The position numbers and the translations under genes are program-made. From a virus, in the IMG/VR virus record IMGVR_UViG_3300029319_000006, positions 32,001 to 96,000 of that record: 64,000 nt of DNA, one strand, 5' to 3'. This document shows positions 28,546 through 39,800 of the stretch, in pieces. The stretch's first letter is position 1, and the number at the start of each line of letters is the position of its first letter. The notes beneath the pieces were generated by a model. It was not told the DNA's origin. It ran no database searches and was given only the letters and a program-made list of their open reading frames with translations.

Positions 28546-28806
28546 TTAACCTTTATAAATTTTTTGTAAATGATCTTCAAATGCTTCTACTTTAGCTAGT
28601 CTATCTGGCCAAAGAATATATTCTTTTTCAGGATTCTTCTTCAAATTGTTTAGTAACGGTACAATTGCATTATAAAGATTATCTAATCTATCTCTTGTAG
28701 CAGTAGCATCAGTAGATACTGATTCAGCTTTTTTAGTGGCTGTTTGAACAGCTTCTAACTCTTCTTCATCAACTGCTGTAAAACCAAAATCAAATATATC
28801 AGACAT
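28546..28806 (-). CDS. Hypothetical protein
   Basis: 86 aa, FDFGFTAVDE and PLLNNLKKNPEKEYI.WP; in late operon. Confidence 0.75.
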   Translation of the reverse strand: MSDIFDFGFTAVDEEELEAVQTATKKAESVSTDATATRDRLDNLYNAIVPLLNNLKKNPEKEYILWPDRLAKVEAFEDHLQKIYKG

Positions 28807-28934
28807 TATTCACACTTTACACATTTACATCCTGTACAAACATCATTTGCACATTCTAAACATTCTTTCTCACAATGAGATGGATGATCACATTTTTTAC
28901 ATTTATTTTCATATGTTATTTCTCTAAGTAACAT
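28806..28934 (-). CDS. 42-aa Cys/His-rich metallothionein-like protein (not in ORF track)
   Basis: MLLREITYENKCKKCDHPSHCEKECLECANDVCTGCKCVKCE; 9 Cys + 2 His; TAATG overlaps at both ends. Confidence 0.75.
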   Translation of the reverse strand: MLLREITYENKCKKCDHPSHCEKECLECANDVCTGCKCVKCE

Positions 28935-29839
28935 TAATTATTCTCCGGATCACCAAATGGATTGTCCTCACTAAAATCTAAGAAATCGGATGTAGCTGTT
29001 TTAAAATCAGTATTCTGTTCATTTTGCGATATCTGATTATCTTGACTCAGTATAGTACTTATAGTAGCTAAAGAAACATTTCCGGCACTATCTTGTGGAA
29101 GAGAACCAACAACTTGCCTTCCTGTTATAAAATTATGAAATTTTCCATCACTTGCTCCAACATGTATTAATCCTAATTCTCTACTTGTAGGATTCCAACT
29201 TGAAACTTCTCCAGACATTATAGTACCTGATGCTAATGTTTGTGTAACATTTTCTCCTATAAAGAATCCTTGACTTGCACTATCTAATCTAAAATTATAT
29301 TCGTATGCATATGAAGTCTCTATATTATCTATTACATCAACACCAGTATCAAGATCTTCATCATTATACTCAAATAACTCACAGCGAAGTTTATAAGTTA
29401 CTAAATTACTTAATTGATAAAAAGGTTGTTCATGTTCAACATGCATAATTTGAAATAATGAATTTGATAATGGTAAGTATACCAAATCTCCTTCTTTAGG
29501 TCTAACTGAATTAATGTCGTTATCAATTCTACTAATGGTATTTTTCCATCTTCGTCTTGCAACAACAAAAGTAGCTTGATCTCTTATCTCAACTCCAAAT
29601 CTTGTAAAGAGATCTCCTTCACCATCAAACGCATCAGTATTTTCTAAATACATTTCTATTTTATAAGAAGCACTAAACTTAGAAGGAACATCATCACCAA
29701 AAACTCTATCTTCATTTACTATAGTTCTTGGAAGATAGTAAACATCTTGACCATACATCTTTAGAGATTCTATAACAATATCTTCGTATAGATTTTGTTC
29801 TGATCTTACTTTTTGACTAAAATGTAAATTGGTAGCCAT
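28934..29839 (-). CDS. gp14: Neck protein gp14
   Basis: EQ.L.ED...ES...YG.DV.YLPR, P.EGDLVY.P, FYQL, DFSEDNPFG. Confidence 0.93.
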   Translation of the reverse strand: MATNLHFSQKVRSEQNLYEDIVIESLKMYGQDVYYLPRTIVNEDRVFGDDVPSKFSASYKIEMYLENTDAFDGEGDLFTRFGVEIRDQATFVVARRRWKNTISRIDNDINSVRPKEGDLVYLPLSNSLFQIMHVEHEQPFYQLSNLVTYKLRCELFEYNDEDLDTGVDVIDNIETSYAYEYNFRLDSASQGFFIGENVTQTLASGTIMSGEVSSWNPTSRELGLIHVGASDGKFHNFITGRQVVGSLPQDSAGNVSLATISTILSQDNQISQNEQNTDFKTATSDFLDFSEDNPFGDPENN

Positions 29840-29841
29840 TA

Positions 29842-30594
29842 TTACCCCACAAAGAAATCAACTGGTAATTCAGCATCTGATCTTATTTTTTCTCTAAGTC
29901 GTTCTAATTCTTGGGTAGCATCATCATATATTTGTCTACCATTAAGTTGAACTCCTCCAGGTAAGACCATACCATCAAATTTAACTAAATTTTGACCCCA
30001 TTGTTGTTTTATTAATTGTGTAGTATATTCCTTTAACCACATATCATTCCATACTGATGTATAGGTAGCTTCATCTACATGAAGATGAGTTTCAATTATA
30101 ATGTATTCGCCTGCTTTGATATCTTCTTCTTCAAACTCTCCATGTATATACAATCTGTTTTGTTTTCTTACAAAATCTATTTGTGGTGCACCATTTAATT
30201 TATTGTCTAATAATGACAAATATTGTTGTATTTGTTCATAATATGCTAAATCTCCTACATAAGAATGCATATTAGCAATATCATTTAGATGCATTTGATA
30301 TTTTATACTAAACATATTTCTAGAATATAAAGATGAACTTACTCTAAACATTTTAGTTACAAATATAGTTCCTGTTGGTAATGTAATAAATTTGTTAGTA
30401 ACATCAGAAGCAGTTACTAGATGTTTTGTATAAGCTCTAAAAGTTGCATCACTGTGATATTCTCTATAGTATTGAAGTGCTTCATCAACACGATCATCTA
30501 CTTGATCATCATCTACATTAATTTCTGTTACAGGAGCTCCCAATCTCCTTTTACAATAATCTATTAATGTTGCTCTACTAGTTGGTGTAGCCAT
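29842..30594 (-). CDS. gp13: Neck protein gp13
   Basis: LIDYC.RRLGAPV.EINV, W.K.Y...L.K.QWG.NL.KF, LPGGV.LNG. Confidence 0.93.
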   Translation of the reverse strand: MATPTSRATLIDYCKRRLGAPVTEINVDDDQVDDRVDEALQYYREYHSDATFRAYTKHLVTASDVTNKFITLPTGTIFVTKMFRVSSSLYSRNMFSIKYQMHLNDIANMHSYVGDLAYYEQIQQYLSLLDNKLNGAPQIDFVRKQNRLYIHGEFEEEDIKAGEYIIIETHLHVDEATYTSVWNDMWLKEYTTQLIKQQWGQNLVKFDGMVLPGGVQLNGRQIYDDATQELERLREKIRSDAELPVDFFVG

Positions 30595-30604
30595 TTGTTT
30601 ATCC

Positions 30605-31909
30605 TTAATTTAATAATGAACCAGATGCATCATAAACATTTATTCTATAGTATGATCCGTGTTGACCATCTAATAAATCAGCATCTAATCCATTTCCAGC
30701 TCCGTCTCTTGTTTTTATATCTGTGTATATTGTTGCTCCATATAATGAAGTTAATTCTGCTGAATCTATTTTTATATCACCAGAAGATAAACCTATTCCA
30801 GTTCCTCCTGTAAAATGTGCTCTAACTTCACTTGCAGAAGGTCCTGTATATGTTATAACTCCTGTTCCAGAATTGTAAGCCAGAGATCCATCTCCACCAG
30901 CATCTGTAATTGTTATAGCACCTCTAGCTCTAGAATTTAAAAAGTATAAATTACTTCCTTCTGATAAATCACTTGTACTAAAGGATGTAAGTCCTATTCT
31001 AGCATTTAATGTAGATCCACTTGTAGTTCCTAATGCCATTGTAGCATTTGCAGAATCAAAAGTTAATGATGAAACACCAGCAATAGGAACAACACCAATA
31101 CTATCAATAAATCCACTTGCATCTACTTTTATTTTAGGAACAAATGAATTACTTCCATAAGATCCAGCTACTCCAGATTGAGATGTTCTTGCTAGATATT
31201 TTACAGATAATTTACCATTTGCACTATCTTTAGATGTTATAACTCCAGATGTTGGAAGTGTTACTGATGTAGCTCCTGTTGTAGTAAGAGCTATAGAATT
31301 TCCTACTGTAGTAGAAAAACCATCTCCAAATGTTACATCTCCATAAATTTTAAAAGCTCTATCAGCATTCAAAACATCTATTGTAATAGTTCTATCAGCA
31401 GATAAATTATTACCCACAACAGCATTATCTGATACAAATCTAGTTTCAAAGTTTGTATTAGAAACATCTCTTAATCCAAATGTAGTAATATCTGTTATTG
31501 ATCCAGCTTCGATTGATGGAGTTGTTAATGTTGCTGAAGTTAATGTTTTATTAGTAAGAGTTTCAATACCATTAATAGTAGCAAAATTAGCACCTGATAA
31601 AGCAGCATTGAATTGACCTATAGTACCAGATAATGTATTATTAGTTAAGTTAAAAGTTTTATTAGTTAGTGTTTGAGACGAAGTTAGTGTAGGAATCTCA
31701 CTTGAATCTATTCTAATAATAACATCTTGATTCCTTGCTCCAGTCGGAACAATTTCCATACCTCCACCGTCAGTCAATGCTCTGACATAGTTACCACTAG
31801 TATTAGAATCTAGTTTTATTATTTGACTTTGTACAATGTTTATAGTAGTATTAGAGTCTAGCCCTGCAGCTAGAGATGTACTTAAAAATGTACTAAGATT
31901 TTTTACCAT
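30605..31909 (-). CDS. Virion fibre-like structural protein
   Basis: QTLTNKT repeats, DLSEGSNLYF/DAGGDGS module, GLDADLLDG motif. Confidence 0.7.
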   Translation of the reverse strand: MVKNLSTFLSTSLAAGLDSNTTINIVQSQIIKLDSNTSGNYVRALTDGGGMEIVPTGARNQDVIIRIDSSEIPTLTSSQTLTNKTFNLTNNTLSGTIGQFNAALSGANFATINGIETLTNKTLTSATLTTPSIEAGSITDITTFGLRDVSNTNFETRFVSDNAVVGNNLSADRTITIDVLNADRAFKIYGDVTFGDGFSTTVGNSIALTTTGATSVTLPTSGVITSKDSANGKLSVKYLARTSQSGVAGSYGSNSFVPKIKVDASGFIDSIGVVPIAGVSSLTFDSANATMALGTTSGSTLNARIGLTSFSTSDLSEGSNLYFLNSRARGAITITDAGGDGSLAYNSGTGVITYTGPSASEVRAHFTGGTGIGLSSGDIKIDSAELTSLYGATIYTDIKTRDGAGNGLDADLLDGQHGSYYRINVYDASGSLLN

Positions 31910-34855
31910 TTATGCTTGTGCCTCTGACCATTTAAGTTCGATCGTTCCGTCACCTCGACCCGCCAAGAAGAAAATATTAATAGCTAAAATATCAGGTCCA
32001 TCTGGATACTTAAAGTCTCCTCCTAATGGTGCTCCATCCATCTGTTTGATAGAAGATAGATCTTGCACAGTAGTAAGTGTTTCAAGATATCCTGTAGCTG
32101 TTGAAAATGAAAATATAGTTTCTCCAGGTAATGCAAAAGATCCTGTAGTCCAATTTATATCGTTTCTGTTAGCATATTGAGCGAATGAAGGTTGTCCTCC
32201 ATCTGCTTCAGAAACTAGACTTCTCCATGTTGCATCTCCCCAGTTTTTAGGATTCAAAATCCCTTGACAAATACAGTCACCTTGTGAGAATCCACGACCC
32301 ATAGCAACTGTAATTTCTTGCAATAACATCTGACTTCTATTAAGTAAGTCTTGTGCTCCTAATCTTCCAACTGAAGCGTTAGATACTGATGGAGCTAATC
32401 TAATAGCAAATGCAGTTCTTGGAGTTGTTGTAACTCGGAAGTCATTAACCGAATGGTTAAATAAATATCCTCGGTCAAATTGGAATCCTCCATCCATAAC
32501 TAAAGCTGAACCCCAATGTGATAATGTAGGTGAACAAGTGTTTGATATTTCAGCAACACCAGTATTTACTGAATGAGCTGCAACAGCACCAGCACTTACT
32601 GTAACATTATTACCTTGTAAAAATTGAGTTAGAGTAGCAGCTCTTGCAACTCCTGTAAAGTTACCTGGACCATCTGTTGCACTTCTTCCCGTATAAGTCA
32701 TTATTTCATTATCAATTAATAAAGTTCCATTGTCACTAAACTCATTTAATTCTTTTACAGGAATAGTTGATGCTGCACTATCAATAGTAGAAGTTAAAAA
32801 GGTTATTGGACTATCATTATCGATTGCATATCTTACTGGTAAGTTACCTGATCTCATAAATGCTTCAGTATTTAAGTTATTGTTTCTAATTCTATGACAA
32901 TATACCCATTTACCATCAGATCCTCTAACCATAAAGTGAACAAAACCAGCTCCATACCATGAATATTCAATTCCAATCATTTGCATTCTACTTGTATTGA
33001 AAGTGTATCCAGATGGACCAGTACCATCTAATTTATCTAAGTTCCATTTAGATTGAGGTACTCTTATTTGTGTTATTTTTTGTCCTCTTACTCCAGATGC
33101 AGTAATACCTCTATAATCTGGTGACATATTAAATGATGTATCACTTTCTACATTAGTTACAAAATGAGTCATACCTTTTATAGATATTTTAGATCCAGCT
33201 CTTAATTGTTCAGTAAATCTTGTATTGGATCCAACAACATTATTACTATTTTGTGTAACAGCTATTGTACCAGTAATATTAAATGTAGAAGTTCTTTGTA
33301 CAACAAATATTTGTTGTCCATCAAATTCCCAATATAATCCATTTTGATCATCAAACATTCCAGCTCTAACAGCAGCACCTACCCAATTTTTTACTTGAAC
33401 AGTTGCAATTTCAGAAAGTTGGCAAGTAGTATCTCCTAATGTTCCTGTTGCAATAACAGTAAATGTATAGTCATCTGTAATACTATTAACTGTATAAGTT
33501 CCAGAATATCCAGATGTTTCTAATCCAACTAATTCAACAGAAGCTCCAGCTTGTAACCCGTGATCAATATCATCAGTTTTTATAGTTATTGTAGCACCTG
33601 GAGATGTTCCACTTGCTGTAACAGCTTGTAAATCATATACAGGAGCAAATAATGTACCTGAAGAAAATAAGAATCCTTTACCAGATTGATATCTAAAATA
33701 TCGTTTTGTCTGACGAGTAACAGAAGCAGCATATGTTGGTGTCTTGGTTGATAATATAACACCACCATCTGAAGGTCTATGAAGAATAGTAGCATTACTA
33801 ATAGCAAATACTTGAGCATTTGCAGGACTTGTCACCGCAGCACCAGGTCTTGCATCATATTTCATTTGATTAGGTTCAGGGGATGCTTTCATAAAGAAAG
33901 GTCCTGATGCTTTATCTTTATTAGTACCAGTTCCCATTATAACGTGTAATGGTGTTCCAGGTACAAGTCCATGAGGTTTTGCAAAATGTAGTGTTATTTC
34001 CGACGGGTCCGCTCCGTCTGACGTAACGCTAGTTGGAGTAGGTAATGCAGCATTACTATACAAAGCTCCTTTTCTTACTAATGTTTCTTCTGTTTTTAAA
34101 CTATCACCATCTGAAGAGCCAACAACTCCTCTTGCATAATATTTTAATGTATGAGAGTTGGGGACAGATTCAATAATGTAACTTCCATCTGCTCTTGAAA
34201 ATCCAGATGTTCCAGCATTTAAGCTAGATACGTTTACAACATCTCCAACACTTAATCCATGAGCAGTGTTTATAGATCCATTTGCTGAATCTTTAAAAGT
34301 AACTGTTATAAGACTATTGGTTGTATTATCAGTTTGGAAATCAGTTATAATAGTATTTACTGAAAGATCAACACCAGGTAAATCATAGGTTGATGGATAT
34401 CCTTTTACTGATCCAAAACCAGCCCACTTAGTAGGTTGTAATCCATATTCAAAGTCAGCATCAATAAGTGACTCACCTTGAGATATTCTCATTCTTTCAA
34501 TAGCATCAGTACCAAAATCCCATGGTCTCATTTTCTGACCATAATCATATTTGTCTTCCGCAAAAATTTGAAGATCATCACTAGCACTCATTGCAGATGT
34601 ATCAGATTGTAAAATTAATCTAGTAAATCCATCGTGGGCAGTAGTAACAGTAGGCCAATTTGTACTTGTACTTGTAAAAAAGTTAGCTACGGTACCAGCA
34701 AAAGTGGTATCAGCAAAATTGTAAATAATTATATTATCTGTTACATTTGTTATGAGTAAAAATTTATCTAATGTGTATCGCCCAGGAACTTCAATATATC
34801 CTACACCTGCTGCACCTGGTACAAACACATAATCTCTTAGTAAATTCTTTGCCAT
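31910..34855 (-). CDS. Large virion structural protein
   Basis: 981 aa beta-rich, repeated HGL..G modules, SLIDADFEYGLQPTKW, RYQSGKG, YSWYGAG. Confidence 0.7.
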   Translation of the reverse strand: MAKNLLRDYVFVPGAAGVGYIEVPGRYTLDKFLLITNVTDNIIIYNFADTTFAGTVANFFTSTSTNWPTVTTAHDGFTRLILQSDTSAMSASDDLQIFAEDKYDYGQKMRPWDFGTDAIERMRISQGESLIDADFEYGLQPTKWAGFGSVKGYPSTYDLPGVDLSVNTIITDFQTDNTTNSLITVTFKDSANGSINTAHGLSVGDVVNVSSLNAGTSGFSRADGSYIIESVPNSHTLKYYARGVVGSSDGDSLKTEETLVRKGALYSNAALPTPTSVTSDGADPSEITLHFAKPHGLVPGTPLHVIMGTGTNKDKASGPFFMKASPEPNQMKYDARPGAAVTSPANAQVFAISNATILHRPSDGGVILSTKTPTYAASVTRQTKRYFRYQSGKGFLFSSGTLFAPVYDLQAVTASGTSPGATITIKTDDIDHGLQAGASVELVGLETSGYSGTYTVNSITDDYTFTVIATGTLGDTTCQLSEIATVQVKNWVGAAVRAGMFDDQNGLYWEFDGQQIFVVQRTSTFNITGTIAVTQNSNNVVGSNTRFTEQLRAGSKISIKGMTHFVTNVESDTSFNMSPDYRGITASGVRGQKITQIRVPQSKWNLDKLDGTGPSGYTFNTSRMQMIGIEYSWYGAGFVHFMVRGSDGKWVYCHRIRNNNLNTEAFMRSGNLPVRYAIDNDSPITFLTSTIDSAASTIPVKELNEFSDNGTLLIDNEIMTYTGRSATDGPGNFTGVARAATLTQFLQGNNVTVSAGAVAAHSVNTGVAEISNTCSPTLSHWGSALVMDGGFQFDRGYLFNHSVNDFRVTTTPRTAFAIRLAPSVSNASVGRLGAQDLLNRSQMLLQEITVAMGRGFSQGDCICQGILNPKNWGDATWRSLVSEADGGQPSFAQYANRNDINWTTGSFALPGETIFSFSTATGYLETLTTVQDLSSIKQMDGAPLGGDFKYPDGPDILAINIFFLAGRGDGTIELKWSEAQA

Positions 34856-34862
34856 TTTCTTC

Positions 34863-36830
34863 CTATCCTAATGCGACTGAGAACGCTATTGTCTGAGCTC
34901 TTGTTGAAAAATTTGAAGCATCTGCAGAATCTCCTTTATCCCCTTTCGGTCCTCTTTGTCCTATTGATGTATAAATTTGCCAATTACTATTTATATAGAT
35001 GAATTCAATAATACTTTGACCTAAATCTAGAACAAAATTTTCTGCAAAACCTTCAATTGTAGAACCATTTCTATTGACAGTAACTGAATTTGTTGAAAAA
35101 TTAGCAACGTCAATTAATTTTACATAATCACCTGTTTGTGGATTTGCTGGTAAGGTAACAGTAAAACCTCCTCCAGAAGTATTTAATGCATATCTACCTG
35201 CATTTACAGCTGTAAAACCTGAAGTATATACTACGTAATTAGATGAAAAAGCTGCAAAGTCTGAATCAAAACCTAGATATGTTCCTCTTAATTTACCAAA
35301 ATTCCAAGTAGCTAATTCCCAATCAGTACCACCAACATTAATTGTTTGATCCGTTGGTGTACCACTATCAATACCATCCTGAACTAGATTACTAAATGCA
35401 TACCACTCACCATTATCAGCATCTCTAAAAAATCCAGCTCTTCTAATTGTTGTTCCACCATCTTTTGAATATCTACCAACAATACCAATATCAACTGTAT
35501 CTGCACTATTACTATCTGCAACTTTAATTAAGGAGTTAGTAACAGAAAGATCTGCTTGAGCATTTGATGTTTGAGTACCTGATACTGTTAAGTTTCCATA
35601 AACAACCACATCATTATTTACTGACATAGCATTAAATTGTACTGAGTCAGTAGTTCCTACTGGTTGTCCAATTGAAATTTGTCCAGCTCCACTTAAAGTA
35701 ACACCAGTACCTTGAGAAAAATGTGATCTTACTTCTGCTGGAGAAGGACCAACGTATGAAATAACTCCTGTAGAATTATTATACGTCATAGAACCATCAC
35801 CACCACCATCACTAACAGATATTGCTCTTTTAGCAGCAGAATCTGCTCTTGATGTTGTATAATATAAATTTGATCCTTCGGTTACATCTGTTGTAAATAT
35901 ACTTGCATTAATGTAAGAATCAACTCTAGTATCAAGATAATATAAATTAGTACCTTCAGGTAAATCTGTAGTTGATCTAGTTCCTAATGATGCAGCAGAT
36001 AATGTACCTTGTAGTTCTCCAGCTAATGCTTTTACATTGCTTGCTGCAATAATATCTTCACCACGTATATTCTTTCCAGCACCTATTCCTCCTACAGTAA
36101 CAATGGAACCTGATGTTTGAGTTGCTGCTTCTGTTGCATCATTTGTAGATATTCTTCCAGTATTACTAATTGTAATTAAATCATCAGCAGCAGAAGGAGG
36201 TGATAAACTAACTGGATTTTTTCCAACATTTCTTATAATATTAATTTGTGAATTAGTACCATCTAATCCAATAACTAATTTATTGCTTGCACTGTTTCCT
36301 CTTGTTCCTATAATATGATTTTGTTGATTCTTAACTCCTAATACTAAACCTGATCCATCTAAAGAGTCTTTAGATATAAAGGACAACAGAGCTTGTGTAC
36401 TATCTCCAAGATTCGTATCCATATTAAAAGATACACCACCAAACTGTTGACCAAACATAGGAGTAGAGTCTATAATAGGATCTACAATAGTTTTATTGGT
36501 AAGAGTTTGTGATCTTGTAGTTCTAATGTAAGTAGGAGTGAGAGGATCTAAGAAAGCACTATCTACTTTTACAGTAATAGCAGAATCAACTCTAGCTGTT
36601 GTATAATATAATTTAGTATTATGTTCAGTTAAATCAGCTGTATTTTTAAGAGAAAAATCACTATCGAAACCACCATATGCTCCTGTTAAACCTCCAGTAA
36701 TATTAGCTGTACCAGAAACAGTCATGTTACCAGTAACTACTGAATTTCCTCCAACAGTAAGATTGGTACCTATAGTAGCACTATCTCCTACAAATAAACC
36801 TTTTCTTACTTTAAAATCTTTAACTGCCAT
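34863..36830 (-). CDS. Tail-fibre-like structural protein
   Basis: DFKVRKGL N-terminus, EG.NLYY repeats, TVTLPANP..GD domain, short collagen GQRGPKGDKGD. Confidence 0.75.
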   Translation of the reverse strand: MAVKDFKVRKGLFVGDSATIGTNLTVGGNSVVTGNMTVSGTANITGGLTGAYGGFDSDFSLKNTADLTEHNTKLYYTTARVDSAITVKVDSAFLDPLTPTYIRTTRSQTLTNKTIVDPIIDSTPMFGQQFGGVSFNMDTNLGDSTQALLSFISKDSLDGSGLVLGVKNQQNHIIGTRGNSASNKLVIGLDGTNSQINIIRNVGKNPVSLSPPSAADDLITISNTGRISTNDATEAATQTSGSIVTVGGIGAGKNIRGEDIIAASNVKALAGELQGTLSAASLGTRSTTDLPEGTNLYYLDTRVDSYINASIFTTDVTEGSNLYYTTSRADSAAKRAISVSDGGGDGSMTYNNSTGVISYVGPSPAEVRSHFSQGTGVTLSGAGQISIGQPVGTTDSVQFNAMSVNNDVVVYGNLTVSGTQTSNAQADLSVTNSLIKVADSNSADTVDIGIVGRYSKDGGTTIRRAGFFRDADNGEWYAFSNLVQDGIDSGTPTDQTINVGGTDWELATWNFGKLRGTYLGFDSDFAAFSSNYVVYTSGFTAVNAGRYALNTSGGGFTVTLPANPQTGDYVKLIDVANFSTNSVTVNRNGSTIEGFAENFVLDLGQSIIEFIYINSNWQIYTSIGQRGPKGDKGDSADASNFSTRAQTIAFSVALG

Positions 36831-36842
36831 AGTTCACTTTCC

Positions 36843-39800
36843 CTATGAGATTATTTGTTTAACTGGTTTAATATTAACTGTTCCCATCCCAGCTGCTCTT
36901 GTAAATTGTAATCTAATATTTGCTCCAGATACATCTGCAGATAATGTTCCTATATCACTATCATTTTCAAATGAACTTACCATACCATATTCAGCAAAAG
37001 AAACTGTTGACTTATTGTAAGTAACAAGTACCTTGGATACTTGTGATGCATCTATAACATCTTCTGACATATGAACTGTATACTCTATAGACATAAAATC
37101 TGAGTTGTGAGGAGTAGTATCAACAATAACTCCAGATCCAGATGTAGCTTGTACAAGTGTTGGAGTTGAACTTATAGATCCTAATGTATTAACTAAACTA
37201 TTTACTGTAGGACTTGCAGATGAATCAATATCTATTCTTCCTCCTGCAGTTAATGTAATACCATTACCTCCAGAAAAATGAGCTTTAACTTCAGCAGCAC
37301 TTGGTCCTGTATATGTAAATTTTCCAGATGCTGAATCATATGTCATAGATCCATCACCACCAGCGTCTATTAAACTAAACGCTTCTCTAGATCTCTTTTT
37401 AGTATAATCACTATCAAATAATGTAGTAGTAAAATTTCCACCATCAGCAGTGTTGATTGCAAACACTCCTGTAGCTGAATCAAAACTAATATTACTAATA
37501 CCAGCAACATCAATAAGACTTGCACTATCTATTTGACCTTGAGCATTTATTTTTATTCTTGGAATTTTAGTTCCTGATCCATAATGACCAGCTACCACTC
37601 CAGTGTTAGTAATACTTAAAGTATTAGATGCAGAATCAAAACTTAATCCTGTACCATTTAATGTAGTTTCATCTAATGCATCATTAAAGTCTGAATCAAA
37701 ATTAGCCTTTGTATAAATTGTTTCTACATCAAAGGAAAATCTTCCTAATGAACTATCATATGATAAATCTCCTCCTGCAGAAAAATAACTTCTTGGATTA
37801 TTACCTAATGATCCTACTAGAATTGTTCCTGTTGCATCAGGTAATTTTATAGTTCTTGCAGCAGTTGGACTATCCCAATCTAAAATACATTCATGTATTG
37901 AATTTTTATTATTATTCCATTCTAGATATTGATCTCTATGAAATACTATTCTATTATCATGGAAAACAGTATTAAGATGTATTCCTTCATCTTCAACAGA
38001 AATACTATTACCCATGGCATTTCCATGAGTAGTACAATAATATAATAAACTATCTGGTGCATTTAATGGTACAGCAAATACAACAGAAGCTCCTGGATTT
38101 CCAGCTACACCATTGACAGTAACACCAGTTGTATATGGATTTCCACTACCATCTTTAAAAGCTAATGGATGAGTACCATTAGTTCCAGCACTTTGATCAA
38201 ATGTATATGTAACACCTCTTTTTAGAGTTATAACTGGATTAGTTACACCATCTAGTACAAATTTGTTACCACCACTGCTTATAACTGTAACCACAAAAGT
38301 AGTTGAACCTGAAAAAGCACCTGATTTATTTACATTTAATTCAATACTACCTTCTTCTGATCCATTAGTAGTAGTTATAATAGATCCATTTATTGAACTA
38401 TATAATTGACTATTTCCTGAATCATCTTTTCCATAAAAGTTAATTCTTCCTAAAGTGTCTCCTGGAAGAGGAGAAACAGAAGTTCTATAAAGATCAAAAC
38501 TTGGAGATGCAATCCCTGATGCTTCATCAGAAATTAATTCCATATTAGTAAAATCACTAAATTGGTTTCCACCTTTTACCTTTAAGGATTCTTTACCACC
38601 AATAGTAAATTTAACTTCATCATCAGAACTAACTTCCATAATTGTATCACTATCAGCATCAAGAATAAATTGATTGCCTTTGATATTAACAGAACTATTT
38701 CTAATAATTTTACCATTTCGTCCAGCAGCAAGATCTTTATCAATAAAGTATAATGATAATTGAGATGAATCTATACCAAAAACTCCATTACTATCTTTAG
38801 TAACAGGAGAAGTTGTTGAAAAATGAGATCTTACTTCTAATGCAGTTGGACCATCATATGTAATAACACCAGTTGTAGCATTATAATTTAATGCTCCATC
38901 CCCCCCATTATCAGTAACACTAATAGCATTCTTAGCATCACTATCTGCTCTTGTAGAAAGATAATATAAATTTGTTCCCTCTGAAACATCTGATGTACTA
39001 TGAAAAGAAAGAAGATTAATATCTCTTCTTAATGGTCTATTGAATACCCAAGCTGCATCACTATGACTGTATATTAATGAAGCTCCAGATCCACCTAAAG
39101 TTAATCCACCATCATTACTAGCAGCAGAGTCTACAGCTGAATCGGCTAGTACTATATTTTTATCTTGTAAATTAACAGTAGTGGAATTAATCTGTGTTGT
39201 TGTTCCTTGTACTTGAAGGTTACCAAGAATTTTAACTGAACCAGTATTAGCATTATAAGCAGCTGGATCAATAATTAATTCAGCAGGACCTCTTAATGCT
39301 CCAGTTAATGTCACTTGGTTGAAAACTGGATTGGATGCAGAATCTAAAGGTTGTGGATTTTTGAAATTACCAGTTGTACTATCATAAAGTAAAGAATTAC
39401 TTGCAGAAAAATGTTTTCTTGTTTCATCTGCACTTGGTCCAGTGTACGTAAATATAGCATTGACACTATCATAAGAAAATGATCCATCACCTCCAGCATC
39501 ATTAGCAGAAAAAGCTGGTTTAACTGCTGCAATAGCTCTAGCATTAGAAAAATATAAATTAGTAGAACCTTCAGCTAAACTATCTGTAGTATATGCATCT
39601 AAAGTTGGAAAAGCTGATAATATAGTTCCTGTAGATAATTTTAAATCTAATCTACCTAATGATGGTTCATATCCAAAAGAATCAACTGTATTAGCTAATA
39701 CATTACTAGCTCCAGTAACAATACCTTTACTGTTTACTGTTATTAATGGAATTTGTGTTCCAGAACCAAATGTTCCAGGAGTAATTGCTTGTATTGGAAG

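Noticed and set aside
34930-34965. Collagen-like GQRGPKGDKGD
   Set aside because: Only about four triplets, a common linker in phage fibres.
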